From Balanoglossus misakiensis (lineage: Eukaryota; Animalia; Hemichordata), in assembly GCA_040954595.2 (NCBI GenBank), contig CM082593.2, forward strand, positions 6,727,579 through 6,791,578: 64,000 nucleotides of DNA, written 5' to 3'. The notes under the pieces are model-generated. The model had not been told where the DNA came from. It searched no databases and worked only from the letters and a program-made list of their open reading frames with translations. The position numbers and the translations under genes were made by a program. Positions 49,601 to 64,000 of this stretch are shown piece after piece. Numbering within the stretch: the first letter of the stretch is position 1; each line of letters opens with the position of its first letter.

Positions 49601-51940
49601 TGGATATAGGTAGCCTTGTACATCATGTGTAAATAAAACGCGTTGGTAAACCTTGGGTTGTCCATGGCATTTTCTGTTGGCATCAAGGGTGCATGTATGA
49701 TGTCAAGGGTAGGCTAATTGTACCCTTGAGTTCTGATGTTGTATTGAGCAGCAGTGAAGCAGCAACAGAATTCAAGGTGTTGCAGATAGCGGATTCACCG
49801 CTATTTGTGATCAACTTTAAAAGCTTGTAATGACACGGCTATTTTTTACAATACAACGGTGAAGGTTGAACCGACATGAATCGTTCGAAATCGTACAAAA
49901 GGATGAGAGAAAAAAAAAAGTACTGTGAATGTCAAAGAAACGGGCGTCTTCAAAAAAATAGAAAGCGAGAGAACACAATGGTTAGCTGTGTGTGACATGT
50001 TCCTTGCTGTGGAGAAGAAAAGTCCAAATGAATTTGAGAAAAATCATTCATATCATTAAGGTGTCTCGTTTGTTTGCAAGAGGGAAGAAAAAGAACATAA
50101 TAGGTGTATACTGCATGGCTGGACAATTGTTGCCAGCGCTCAGAGATTCCCCATTGATGTAGAGAAAATGCAATGTGCATCCTTCTAGTCTGTTTTCAGA
50201 GCACCATGGTAACCGTGCCAAGCAGCTCTTTGAGGCAGCAGTGAAAGAAAACCTTGCTTATTCTTATCCACTGACTCCACAAGTCAAACCCCAGTTCCTT
50301 TGTTTTATTTAAGAAAGAGGATGGTTTATTTCAAAACAGGATAGGAAAACCTTCATTGACTTGGTTATAAATGAAAGTTTTGCTTCTACGGTAGATAGGG
50401 CTTCTCGCCGTTAAAAAAAATCAATTGAAGGAGAGAAAGATGGTGCATACAATCATGCATTATAATTTTTGATGTTGATTGTATTTTCTGCTTTGTTCCC
50501 TAGAGGTCCAAACTGCCATTGATTTTTTCAAACATAAACTAAATATACAATACTGACTTGGCAGGAGCACCAACACGTTTTGGGCAAGAAATGAAATAAA
50601 ATAATTGCTTGAAGCATTTTACTGGTAACCCCGCTTGGTTAGCTACCCTGGAGTTGCCTTTGCTACTGACAGTATTGTCTTGGCTTATCTTATCTGTCAA
50701 TTACTTTTGTACAATTTACCTATAGATCCTGTAAAGGCTATTTTTATGTGGGTGTTCTATTGTACCTGGTCAGTTTACACTTCAGTGATAGTGCTGTGCA
50801 TATTAATTCACTTTTTATGAGTTTTCTCCCCTTTTTCTTTTAATAAGAGTTTTCAATGGTCTTAAATCTTTTGACAGTTTTACTGTCTACAAATTGGGTC
50901 CTATTTGCTGGCAGGAACTCCCTCAAGCTTGGCGTGTAACACAGTTTTAATACATCACTTGCATGTCCATTGCACCCTCCTAGCAAAGGTCAAGTTCTTT
51001 GGCCAATAGTCCACGCATCAAACACATGTACTCCACCCGTGTCTCTCCACCGTTGCTAGAATCTCAAACTCGGCAAAATCAACTACGAGAGATAAACATT
51101 GAACTTGCGGCGGTCATAAACGGGGCATTAAAGTCTCTCTCTCGTTGCCTTTTTTCCATTAATTATGTTTGATACAAGACACTGTTCATATTATTCTACA
51201 TGTGGATATATAGAGAATCCACATTCAACAACACACAACTTCCATCCCGTTTGTGGGATATGAGAGTAAAAATCTTGCCAAAATGAATAAGCGGTAAACA
51301 CCAATTATTCATTTTGTCCCTTTAAAATGGATTTACATGACCACTGCTTAGTGCCAGGTGATTGATATAAAGCTAAAAATACCTCCCGAGACAGCTCAAA
51401 TTGGCAGGAATTCTTCTCCCTGAATGTTTACTTTGTAAAGTGCCACCAGAGGGGAACTCTGTCAGATCTTGAAAGTCAGTAACTTTTTATTTCACAATTC
51501 AGTGAGCGTAGCTTATTTAAACACCAGCAGCACTTGAGGTGGTGGCTTTTGTCCCCCTGGTTTGGTGTTTATTCCGAGACTCGCATCACTGAAAGATAAT
51601 TGCAATTGACTGTGTCTGTCGCCAAGATGCTGCGTTGAACCGCTCAACAGGAAATGTGTCCCCCTCTCCCCCAAATTTTCTTCCATTCCGTTGCAGATTT
51701 GCCTCCTGTATTTTCAGTCCTGGAAGTAACTCCATTCCCGCAAATTTCTCCCAATCCCGTTTCATTGCAGATTTGCTCCTGAAATTTAAGTGCAATATAA
51801 TGTTGAGTTAGCGCGGTTTTGGCATCATGTACATTGTAGGCCAAAATGTATTGTAACTGCATGCCCACACCATGTTTGTGTGCATTCACTTATCTCAATC
51901 ATGGTTAACATATTGTAACTGTGCCTCGGTACACTGACTG

Positions 51941-51954
51941 GTTGCCATAGCAAC
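51941..51954. promoter_or_regulatory. RFX X-box
   Basis: GTTGCCATAGCAAC, one mismatch from the palindromic consensus. Confidence 0.55.
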
Positions 51955-54900
51955 TGTATCAACAGTAACCACCTTATTACCTGTGGATGGGCAACTCAAA
52001 GCAAAGGTGTTTCTTTATTTGGATTAGGGCCAGTGCTTTCTGTTGGTATCAAGGTATTTCTTGTGCTCAAATGGTGAATGGACAATAAACATCCCTGTTG
52101 TTCTGACGTCGATCAGCATCTGTTGTTTTTACGTTTCCCCAAATACCGTTACAGTGGTCCAGGCCAAAGATCGCTTGTAAAAGAAACAGTCTTTGTGTCT
52201 TTTGGCTGTTTTTGTTTCCAGTAATGGTTTTCTTAACATCAACTTCAGTTTCTTATTCACTTCCTACAGCGAGCTTAATTCTACAGTATTTGGCCTGTCA
52301 ACACGGTGTATACAAGTGTAACAACCATTGTTACATGTATAACAATTACCATTGTAATTGTTAACAAATGAATTCATATGTGGACTTGAATTCAAGAGAC
52401 TGGTTAGTATTGTCAGCCTGGGGATTGGTGTGTTGGTTGGTCTACTTTGATGTACATCAGGGTATTGGGTAGTTATTATTATTACGCAAAAATTGTCATA
52501 CAGGCCAGTACAAGGGACACAGTCAAATGCTTGCTGAATATGTCTGAGGACTTCACGTGAAGCTTTTGAAGCAGGAAACCTAGCATTTCATTTAAACACA
52601 GATCGAAACTGCATCTGTTAAAGTCCCGACTGAAGTAGTTTCTGCCTCGCCCACTGTATAGCCCGCAGCCTTTCCGAGATCTCTAGTGATCGCACCAGTA
52701 ATGCTTAACTTTGATGGAACGGGTGCAATTTCAATATTAAGGCAAAGCGTTGGAGATTCCGGAGCAGATCGGGAATCATTAGGGCCCGGCTACTGATTTG
52801 GCTGCAGGCGGATTTAAAGAAAAAACTCTCTATCCCACATCGATTTGCAACTTTCTGGAGTGGAATGCTTCCTATTAACATTTTGGATTTGCTTTTCCAG
52901 GCCCAAAACCCCTGCCCTCCCGGGAATGTTTCTAATTTAAATGGAATATTTTTCCAGGCAATTGAACAGGCGCAGATTGGCCGTCTGTTATTGAGTCGAC
53001 CTTTGGAGAAGGGAGATGGTTGAAATTGGAATTCGTGAAAAAAAAAACAGTGTGGATTATTAATTAACCAGTCTCCGACTCGCTTCCTGTGAGAGTTGTT
53101 CCCATTCTTCGAAACTGGCCAATTATTTCAGTGCCTTTTCCCTGCCTTTACTCACAGACTCGCAAAACTTTCATTTTTTATCCTTAAATCAATATCTTTA
53201 GTAAAACTTTTCCTGTGCGACTGGTTTCCCTTAAAAAAGTTTTGACGGAAGGCATTAATTTCTAACATCACATAATAGAACCCCATTGCCCATTTCTTCA
53301 AAATCTTAACTTCCTGTCTGATATTATTACAAAGTTAGATTTCACTGACTTCCTTAAAATATAAAACATATATACAGATATGTCGAGATGACTCAGTGCG
53401 CAAACATTTATGGTTGATACCTTAAAAAGTATGCGTACAATTTAAATAGCGCTTTTACATTATTTTTTGTAGTAATTAAACTCTAAAACATGTTTGCCAC
53501 TCCATAGCTTTGAACTTATTTGCATTTCAACATACAGCCATACTCAGAGGTTGATGATATGCTTGTGTATACCTAACAGTAAGCTTAAAGCTTATAAACG
53601 GTCCAATGGACGTTTGAACATAAAATGATAAAAATAATGCAAAAAAGTGGCAGCCAGTTAATGGATCTTTAATCATACCCAGACAGTCATTTGACAAATA
53701 GGGCTTAACATGAATCAATGGCAGTGGTACAAAGAGACCCACTCTGCGGTTTTTCAGGTTTTAATTTAAAACTAATTACGATAATACAAGCAATAAATAA
53801 AGTTTTATCGTTGAGCACCATTCATGAATAACTTTGTCTGTCGGCAGTGTGACCCGCTCAGGCCGTAGGGTCGTGGCCTTAAAGCCATTAAATCTCCATC
53901 AACAATTGTCGCAATTATGTGTCAGAAAAAATTTATTATTTGCTTTGTGTAGAAATGTTCAAATAAGAGTCCAGAGTTAGGGGGAGGGGTTTTAATGGCT
54001 GCATTTTGTCCTGTGTGCAATTGATGAAGAATGTACCGGTACATGGTGTAAATGCTGTTATCAGCTGTTTATTAATAATAATTCTTCTGTTGTCCAATAT
54101 GGTCAGTAAATATTGAACTTCACTGATACAGTTTCTATTTACTTTGTTTTTCTTCACTTTTTGAGATTGGTTCCATGTGGAAGTTCAAAGCGAAAACGCT
54201 TTGTTGCATTTACGCATTTCCAAACGTTGGATTAGGGGAATAGGAAAGGGATTTGTGGTCAAGTGCAATAAGTTTTGTTGGTTCTGCATTCAAGTTCCCC
54301 CAACCAATGTTTTGTGGTAGGCCGTATCATGATAAGATTATTCAAATATTTGCCGTACATCACATCAGTACTTCATAAGTATTATTATAGCATTTCTTGT
54401 GGGAACTCCCTTGGCAAAGTTGTAATAAAAAGGTACAGGTCAGTGAAGATTATTTTTTGCTCTTGTATGAATTGAGCAACTCCTACAGTTCATTGCGGAT
54501 CATTTTTTTGCCTCTGCGTACATTAATTGACACAGGGAGCCAACTGCTTTTACTCTCATATGCACCACCGTACTTCGGGTTAAATCCTGTTGATCAGTGG
54601 TAACATGGGACCCATATACAGGGGTAGGGTGCAAACATCCGAGACAGGGTTAGGAGAGCATTGCTCTGGAAGCAAACGGCGGTCCAGTTTGCGTGTACTT
54701 ACATGGATCATAATTACGTCACTAAATACTTCATTGCAGATTAATTTGCTTGTCAGCATAACAGTTTACATACGCACAGCCCTTAGTGGCTGTATCCATT
54801 ATCTCTTGAGTCAACATATGAAATGATCACTGCCCTATTTTACAAGACAGATAGGGCAGCGGGCATGATTTCAGCCCCGGCAGGGCGACCGTGGAGAGCG

Positions 54901-57900
54901 AAGGAAATACGATAGTCTAGGCGAGATTTCCTTGCGTGTGTCTGTGGACTGAAATCCACGAACTTCAGGAAGTTTTTTATGTACAATTTTTCTGCAAAGA
55001 TTGATGGCACCCTGTTTGGGATATCAGTTTCAAGATTGTTTCCTCCGCAAGACATGCACAGTTGAAAGATGTATTGATACTATGTGTAAACAACAAGAAT
55101 GATTACCTCTCTGCTTTTATGGTCAGAATTTGGTTCCATTCATCATACTGCAATGACAAACTATTCCTTGTTTATACAAAGAAATTACACTAATGTCATT
55201 ATATGCAGCCATATATCCTTTGACAGATAAAATCTACTGAGAATCAGTTATTGTGCAATAGAATACAATGCAAACACAAAATTGGGGCAAATTTTATCCC
55301 AGTTTATTGGGTATATGCTAGTTGAGTAGTTTTACAACAAACGTGGGTTGCGTTTCACCTCAGTCATTCAGAAAGGGAAACAAATCTGCATTTACTATTT
55401 AGCCTTGTACTACGTAAATCAAATACTCGTTCAAAGAGGAAATGAATCAATATTAGCAGTCTTAGACTTGGAAATGGTGCCTTAAAATACATTTTACTTA
55501 AAAAGATATTTTCCAAATGAGAATATATTGACAACTGGCTGTGAAATTTTATTGACTATAAAGATTTTATGAGACAATCATAAAGCATGCAATGGAAATG
55601 CAATGGTAGTTTAAGTATGCCAGATAACACTGATGTTTTCATTTCATATCTGTAAGAAATTCGGTTCTTGTGATATAATGAGAACGTTTGGTAAAAAATG
55701 GCGAATTTGCCATCTAGAAAGTGCTTTACATGTATATTGATTTCATGTCTTCTCCGATGATCCAACCCAAAAGAACTGACCTTTGCTGAAGTAATATAAT
55801 AAATGTATATCTCTGTGTAATCCTAGAAATGCCAAAATATGATGCCTCATCCTGGTCCGTGAAGGTATCAACATGCTCCAGGCGCTATGCAGAAAGCTGT
55901 CTCGCTTATACCTTTCCCTGCGTCATGTGTGTTTTCCGCAAAAGTTGACTTCAAGGATGCTACAGGAGACGAAACGCGATACCCACGCGTAATTACGCGA
56001 TACTCGTACATAATTGCCCCAAATCCTGAACTGTAACACTTACTCATCCCTTGGTAATCCCCCCAAGCACTCTGACATTTTCGCGATTCTGAAGTTTTCA
56101 CCAAGAAAGTGATGAAAATACGGGCGAATTTGTTTCCGGGATGAAGTAGGAATATGTGATGTCGTGAAAATCTTGATGGTCGCAGCTGTTACTTTTTTTT
56201 ATTCATGGTTAAAACTTTTTTTATTCCTAGTTTAAAACACACAAGTGTTTAATATGCTACCTACCTGGTACATTCAAGATGATATAGTAGAGATAAGATG
56301 CAAAAATCAGCTAGATACAGGTAGACCACAGATTGTGTCTCATTGACATAGCTCATACATTTATAATTTTCTCAAAAAGCGTGGTGAACATTCTCTTGTA
56401 AGGTTTTAAAAAGCACTCAACAGATGAATAATATTGCAGAGAGTGAAATATTTGAAGGATTTCTTTTTGTAATAAAAAAATCCATAGTGTGAACTCAACT
56501 CTCATGTTGGAGGAGACTTTTGTTTCTCAGAAAACTCTACTATTGAGGACACTACGCAACAGGGAAGTGACTGTTTTCTCATCTTCTGTGGATGAATCGA
56601 CACCCTCAGATGGAGAACCCATCACCATAGCAACCGCATCACTGTTGTTGGGAATCGATTCGTCTCATCCTTTGCATATGGTTCATTTGGGAAATAACGG
56701 AGAAAAATGCAACAATTGATGCAGAGAGATCGCATTGGGACATTGCTGCTATGAATATTTCTCTTTTTTTCGATTTCCATGCTCGGAATCAATAATGCGC
56801 AGGAAGCTGCCTTCACTTCATATTGAATTTGTTGCAAAAATCAATATATCATCAGCCGGAAGGATTAATTGTAGAACTGGAATTGTCGCTTCTGTGGAAT
56901 AGCACAAGAATGATAAAGGAGGAAGATCCAAGGAAGGGAAGAGTAACAAAGATCCAATTAGACATCAAGAGAAAATAATTGTGATATATACCGGTAGTAG
57001 TCGAAAGAGTGGTTGTGTTCTCTGTAGAATTGGTGCTGGTTTTGAACCATGTCATTATCAATGACGTAGTCACCATCTGTACCTCAGATCACAGATTTGT
57101 AATATATGAAAGAAATCTTTTCAGTGATATTATAGATGACTGCTGTGAACGTTGAAATAGCCAAATCAGATAGCTACCCAACAGCCACATTGGATCAAAG
57201 CACAAAACAAATTGATATGTACAGTACATAGATGCACCATAGCTCACTGTCGTTGTCCCAGGTTTGAAGGAAATCACCTCAGGTTGTAACAAAATTGGGA
57301 GAACTTGAATTTTTTCTCTTTATCAAATATTGCTTTATGTTGTCTCAATAACATTCAAACGTGAAAGAAATACTGTTCACCATATTGATGAAATACCGTA
57401 AAAGTGATGCGGGTCGAAGGTTCGAAGCAGGAACGAAATACCTGACAAATAACAAACTTGCGGGAAAAAAAAGTACTCTAAACCCCATGGGATGTTCTGC
57501 GGTTATAAATCTACTCCAGCCATGTGGTAATTAATGCGCAAGTCAACGCATCGCGGCCAGGCATCGGAGGTCCCTGGGTTTTCCAACTAATTCCCACAAT
57601 GCTCTGGTGTAATTTCCCCTTCAATAAATGTCAATTTTTACAATGAGGCGTTTTTTATCGTCCTTGTATTAAAAATTAGAAGCACATTTTGGATGCTCTC
57701 TCACCTCAATTAAATTTACACGCTGTTTGCACAGACGTTCTTGCACTACAAATGCAGTAGATAGCAATTTCCAAATATTGGTGCAAATATTGAAATATTC
57801 TTTTCTGACTGTACATTATTGTAATTACTCAGGAAGCCCCGAAGCTTTTTATCAGATTTAATGTAAAATCTAATCAAATTACAGCTTATATTTTCAAAAA

Positions 57901-60900
57901 ACTTATCATTTATATAGAGAAATATGCCTGAGTCCAAGTCCAACATTTACCCCACTATACATATACATCAACAATAAGTCAACTGTTCTTTTTGTTTTGT
58001 TTTCTGACCTGAACATTACCATGGTGACATGTACATCGTTTCCATGGAAATCGCATTCTTGCTCACCAAAGAGAGTCTCAGCAGATATGTGCTGATTTTC
58101 TTGAAAGCTACCCCAGGCAGAAAATGAAAAGGACTCTCTAGGTCGCGTCTTGGGTGGAATATGATTTACAGCAGATAGAATCCACCACTGTGTGGGAAAA
58201 CTGCGAGTGTTCATCCAGGGTGGAAAAATTTGTCCAGGGAAAAATCGGTGATAATATATGTACTGGTACATTTCAATAGCAAGGAAGAAAGAAACCGTGT
58301 AGGTTTTGTATGCTCATTGAAAGTCCGGGAAATTTTAATCTAACACCAGGAATATCCCGGAAAAGTGATTGAGCTACCGGTGAAGCCATGTCGATTAATT
58401 ATTGTGAAAAATTCTGGCATTATTAAATTTTGTAGAAAATGGCATTTTTTGCGTCATGCTCCTGGAAAACCAGCTGGATCAATGCGTGGAATTTTTAGTG
58501 ACTTTCAGCATACGAACTCTGGAATGTTTGCCAGCAAATGACAAATCATGTTGTATTTTGCACTTGTCGTGTCACTCATTGGATGGTATGAGAACTGATG
58601 ACTGATTGGTCAGTGAGAACGAATGTAGCGAATGCTGAGACATTCTAATTTTATAGCAAATTACATGTGCCTCTCGATAAAAGGGAACTTTAAATTTCAA
58701 TGAATAAAGTAGAAGTTGTTACACTAAATGTTTATTTATGGTTGGTTAACTGTAGATTGAATTCTAGTTCTCTTATCAGAAACTACAATTTGGCGATCTG
58801 ATATCTTCAAATGAGTAATTTTAATCACTGGTTTGTCGTGCAGTTCCAAGAAAAAAAAAAAACCTAATAATACATTTTGATGCTTGGTTTGAAGATTCTG
58901 ATAAATTCATCAAAATTGATAGAGATACTAACAAAATTTGTAGTGGACATTACAAGCTGTGGATCTGCAGAATAAAATGCATTCTTAATGGAATCTGCAA
59001 TGGTGGGTTAATAGAGTACTACTATTTTCTATTACCATATGAAATCGTCACCTCCGGGCATCGTCACATTGCGATAACCGTTAGATTTTCTTTCTTTTTA
59101 AGTGACTGGCGTCCATTTTCCCCACGTATGTGATCATGTCTCCAGCATTTACAAAATCTTAAGATCTGAGTATTAAAACTTGCCAGTCTGGTTTGTATTT
59201 CATTAACAGGATTAAAGCGATGTAAAAAGGTAGATTTGGATATTGGATTTATCAGGTTTTCAAACGACGCCAAGAAAGTGCTGATTAATGTTTTACAAAT
59301 CTAGTCAACACCTGGAACATGTCTGCTGTGTGGCAAGATTTCAACTTTTATTGTAGATTTACTATCACAGCTCCTAAAATGATATAATGGTTTCATCACG
59401 TACTGTGTCTTCATATTCAGAGACCAATTTATTTCCTTTCAAGAATTATTCCCCCTTCGCCCCCTTTTTCCTGTATGTGGTTCCAACCACACCATTGGAA
59501 ACAACTGGGTTTTACCAAATTTAAGCAGTAACAGGGGGGGGGGGTAACTGTGAATCTACTTTGCCATGTGGAAAAAGTGAACATCATGAATCCAAACTTG
59601 CATATCTGGCTGGCTAGACAGCCAGGAACACCCATAGCCATATTGTGACTGAGCTCATATGTCTAGACTGCATAATAGAGCTGTTCATGGTATCAGTAGA
59701 TAATCAGGTTAGCTTGTCCATAGTTTGAAAATTACTACTAAATATTTCAATGAGAAAAAAAACAAGCAGTTTTACACCACTCTGTTTCAACTAATATTAT
59801 TAAGAACTGGATATGAGATGAGGTGAAAAAGAGGAAGATGTGTTTCCATGCCAACGTATCTTTTGGTTGCCCACTCACTGTACGGTAGTTGTGGTTAGTG
59901 AAGCATGGTGATGAAAAATGATATAAATTGATACAGATTTCTTCTTGTTTTTGCTCCCAGCTGTATGTATATATCCACATTGTTTTGTTCACAGAAGCTA
60001 CATGTACTGGTACATGGCTTGTCTTTGCATCGTCTTTTAGTGTTTTGTCTTTGCGCGAGAAGTTTGGTAGATGACGTACGTACCGGGGACGTTAACAGGC
60101 GGGATCGTCCAGGCACGGTGCTGTACTAGTGTTATACACGGAATCTGACATGATAAGGCACTTGTCTGACGCCTTGTCTATCACTCACTCTCCGCGCTGT
60201 AAGACTCGGAGGAGGTTTAATCTCCGCAGCCAACGTACTTGCACCACCGTTTCTGTAGCGTCCTTGGCCCAGAAATCGTCTCTGCAAATCATCCGCTGAT
60301 CATATTTTATGCAAACACCAGTGAATTGTCGATATGAGTTCACTACATTTAATTCATACGAGCAGTGACTTGAGTGACTTCTGTGCATGACTGATAGGTC
60401 ACATCATTTCTCGCGAGTCTAAGACTGTTCCCGTGAGACGCAGTTGTCTTCTGGTGATAACATTTTGCACATTTGCATCCCGATGATCTAGGGAACAGTG
60501 TTGACTTCCCCTCGTTTGTGACAGCCTACCCGTCATCTAATTTTTTATTGTGAAGCACAGTGCAGCACTGTTAATAAATATTAAATAACTATAAAATTAT
60601 ATTTTAGTAGTGAGGCATGTCTGGTGGCTGTTTCCTTACAGTGCAAAATTTGACACAATTTCACCCAGTCACTGTTTGAGCCAAATTGGCCAACGTGTGT
60701 GATGGTATCATTGAACCTGTGAGGAACATTATCTTTGGATAGTTTACCTGTGTCATTACAAAATAATTTGGCAGCACGTACCGGTACAGTAAGTTACCGG
60801 GATGTCTTTTTAATTAAAAATTTCAGAATTAATCAAGGTTAGGTATGTGTGTACCGTACCGGTACATGTACCGGTATGTGTGCATATAAATTATGTGACT

Positions 60901-63900
60901 GTGAATGTACCGGTACCAGTATATGCATGTATGGTACATGTATGTATGTATGTATGGAAGAAAGGACCCAATTTTTGTTGGTGGTAGTCATTGCCTGACT
61001 TTAAATTCAATCAAAGTACAGCAACCTCTGTCCAGCAACAACACTAGTGGTACCGGCCTACTTCCACTCGAGATAAAAATCAGCCCACTTAACAGTTTCT
61101 CCCATAAATCACCCATATCTGGCAAATTTCATACACACCCAATGTCACTATAAACTTTTTTTATCTGCTATGTAAAACTAATCCGCAGAGACCCTGGGCA
61201 GCATTAAAATTGATGGCTGTAGAAAATAGTCTGCGGGTCTCTTTGGAGTGCAGGAAATGCTGATGTGGCAGAAAAATGTTTTTGAAATATTCTTAGTATT
61301 TTATAGATAATTAGTTTGTTCCTTTCCCCCCTGCAGATATTGGTTCAACCCCATTCCAAATAGCAGGGCTGAACCAATTGGCTAGAGAAACAGGGGTGAT
61401 AGGGTTAAGACACCAGCTGGAGTGTGTACATTTGTTTGGAAATGGAACTCAGATATGTTTTTGATATTGTTCATATTGGGGAATGGTTCAAAATGGGTAG
61501 TTACTAAGAGTGAGTTGTCCATTAGTAACAGGTAAATTTTGCTCAGAACAGTGTCAAGCCTATTTAATACTTTAATAGTTAAATTTGGAGCTCCCAAATA
61601 TTATCTCTGTCTTCTTTTACAATCACATCCTATCACACAGAGGAGCTATGCAGTGTTTACATGATACAAATGGTCTTGTACTACAACCTGACCTACATGA
61701 AGAAATGTAACTGGCATACTATTGCTGAACAGTCCCTACAGTCGCAAACACACTAGAGCACACACTTCAGGGACTGAGCAAACACTCCAGCTTTGATCAA
61801 ATGTAATTATTCATATGGACAAGCAGAGACCTTGACCAGAAGTGCATGAAGTACGAGTCCATTGCATCTGACCCTGTGTAAATAAGAAGTCGGTTACGTT
61901 GGAAATCTTTGAATGAAATACTGTGATTGAGTGGTCATGTATAGCCACCTATATATGCTCTGGGTTGGTTTGCTGACAAGTGTATATGGTCTCTTGCTGG
62001 ATTAAGGCTCTTAACGTTGAGGTGATAGGTGGATGTATATAATATGGAAGGCAGATCTTCTCCTTATATAGAGCTGAATGTTTGTCTACAAGTGTTAATT
62101 TGTTTAGGCAAGGCATATGGATCATTGTGGTGGTTCTATCTTCAGTGCTTTCAATGCTGGACAAGGATTTGTATGTTCGTATATACCAAAGGTGATAAGG
62201 AAAGTGAAGAAAATAGTGATGTACACAGGTGATACTGCAGTGTAGACACTTAGGATACAGTGATGCATTCAAGTTGACATTTTGAATTCTTTACTAACAC
62301 AAATACTCTTTTGAATGAAGGCGTGATTGTGATTGGCACAATTCTTTTCAATCCCGGAACAGCACATCGATGTGAGCATGCACTGCTTCATTTCCATGAG
62401 TTAAACTGTGAATGTTCGGTTTTGTAAATTTCCACAATAAACTTGACGCTCATTACTTTGGGAAAAAGTGAATCAAGTCCAGGTCTGATTGTAGTAGTCA
62501 TTAAAGTGGATCTTTAATAAAAAGTCAGATCCTTTTATTTCCATTATACAGCCTTAACAAGGGCAGCGAGTTGATCGACAGGAGCATCTAAGGTTCAATC
62601 CACATCGGACTTTGTAGAGTGACCGAGGTCAGACCACTAAGTTCTCCTTTGCCTTAACTGTCAAGTTCATTCACATCTGAGTGACAGTCCAATTTGAGAT
62701 GTAACTGTCCAAAATCTTTTTGTTGACAGAATAGAAATATTTACATAAACTTCTCATGTCAAAAAAGACAAGAAAAACCAAAACCTTGCCCTCGTGAGTT
62801 CAGCAAAAGTGAATGGGGTTGCGTGAAACTTGTCAGAATTAAATGGAAAACGTTGCCGTGGTCGCAATGAGGAGCTAAAAGTAAAAGCTCACACACGTAG
62901 GAATTCTAATCAGAACTGCATTATAGTAATACAGCGAGATTGACACTCACAACAGCAAAATTTGATTCAGTATGACGTGCAGCATCAGCAAAAATTTAAT
63001 AAACTCTTTGGAATTATTAAAACAGGTGTATGATATTTAAACATAATCAGACTATGATATAGGTTCCCCACTCAGACTGGTGTTTCAATAAATTCCCATG
63101 GATAGGCTGAACATTTTCTATTTCATTTAAATTGATGCCGTTATCAAGTGAGTAGTTTTATATGGTAAAGTCACCTCAATTCAAGATGGTGGACTCATCC
63201 TTATGTATCATAGCAACTGCAGGGATGAAACCTGACAGCACAGGGATGAAACATTAAAAAATGTTTTAATCTGCGTAACAGACGTGCAGTGTCAGAAGTC
63301 AATCATCTTGAATGTTTACCGTAGACGATTATGTGGAGGACTTTGGTATAGTGTCTCAAATTTCTTCACCATATTTCTCATTGCTGACATAATTATCTAC
63401 TATCAGTATATCTGAATACCATGGCACCATAACTCTTAACATTCCGTCATTTCAAACTGAAAAGCAAACAAACATTGGGCAACTGATCAAAATTTCTGCC
63501 AAAGGAACATATAAACATCAAGATTTAGCCATAATAAAGCGCATATACATGTATAGTAGGATATGTGTGTACCAATAATTATATTTTTGAAAAAATTATA
63601 CTATTTTGCATATTATATTCAAAATGTCACCAGAAAGCATGTCATCTGACAAGGAAGTCGTTTTTGCTTAATTGACCTGCAAATGTAGGACATATTGGGG
63701 GTGAGACACTTGACTCTTAAACTGCAGTCATTCATATTTCAATTTTTAGCACAACCACCGCATCCCGCGTTAAGTCGTGCCAGTCAACAAATCCAACCTG
63801 CTTGACATTCGGGTCAATACTATGACAAGTAACGCTGTTGTCATTTGCCGGCACGGGAGACCTCACATCTGGGTCATACCACGTCGACATTGTCCGACTT

Positions 63901-64000
63901 GAGCAAGTTTTTATTCGAGTTAAATCCAGTGGGGATATGTGGCTCGTGACTCGAACACTACAAAGCTACAGTCAATCCTTGAACAGACTTTACAAAGGGC

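Overview
AT-rich, intron-rich animal genomic DNA, probably from a marine invertebrate; the species cannot be fixed from sequence alone. Three genes were reconstructed by hand with phase-consistent GT-AG splicing. (1) The last 9 coding exons of a CDKL2/3-type cyclin-dependent-kinase-like gene (+, 1494-10642; first coding exon not found, presumably left of the window). (2) A complete 8-exon SH2D4A/B-like adaptor gene (-, 25707-18176, 468 aa), tail-to-tail with CDKL. (3) The large first coding exon of a GAF-domain cyclic-nucleotide phosphodiesterase of the PDE5/PDE11 group (+, 32721-33473), head-to-head with SH2D4. No further PDE exon was recognised in the remaining ~30 kb. The most striking non-coding structure is a pair of Helentron/HINE-like non-autonomous elements at 39659-42805, one inserted in the other's (AAG)n tract. 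Their 239-bp tandem units carry a stacked RORE/DR1/DR4 nuclear-receptor motif. Also present: TTAA-flanked MITE families, a triple heptamer-octamer (POU) array, RFX X-boxes, a CCAAT cluster and a candidate antisense exon between the convergent 3' ends. No rRNA, tRNA or CRISPR array was seen.
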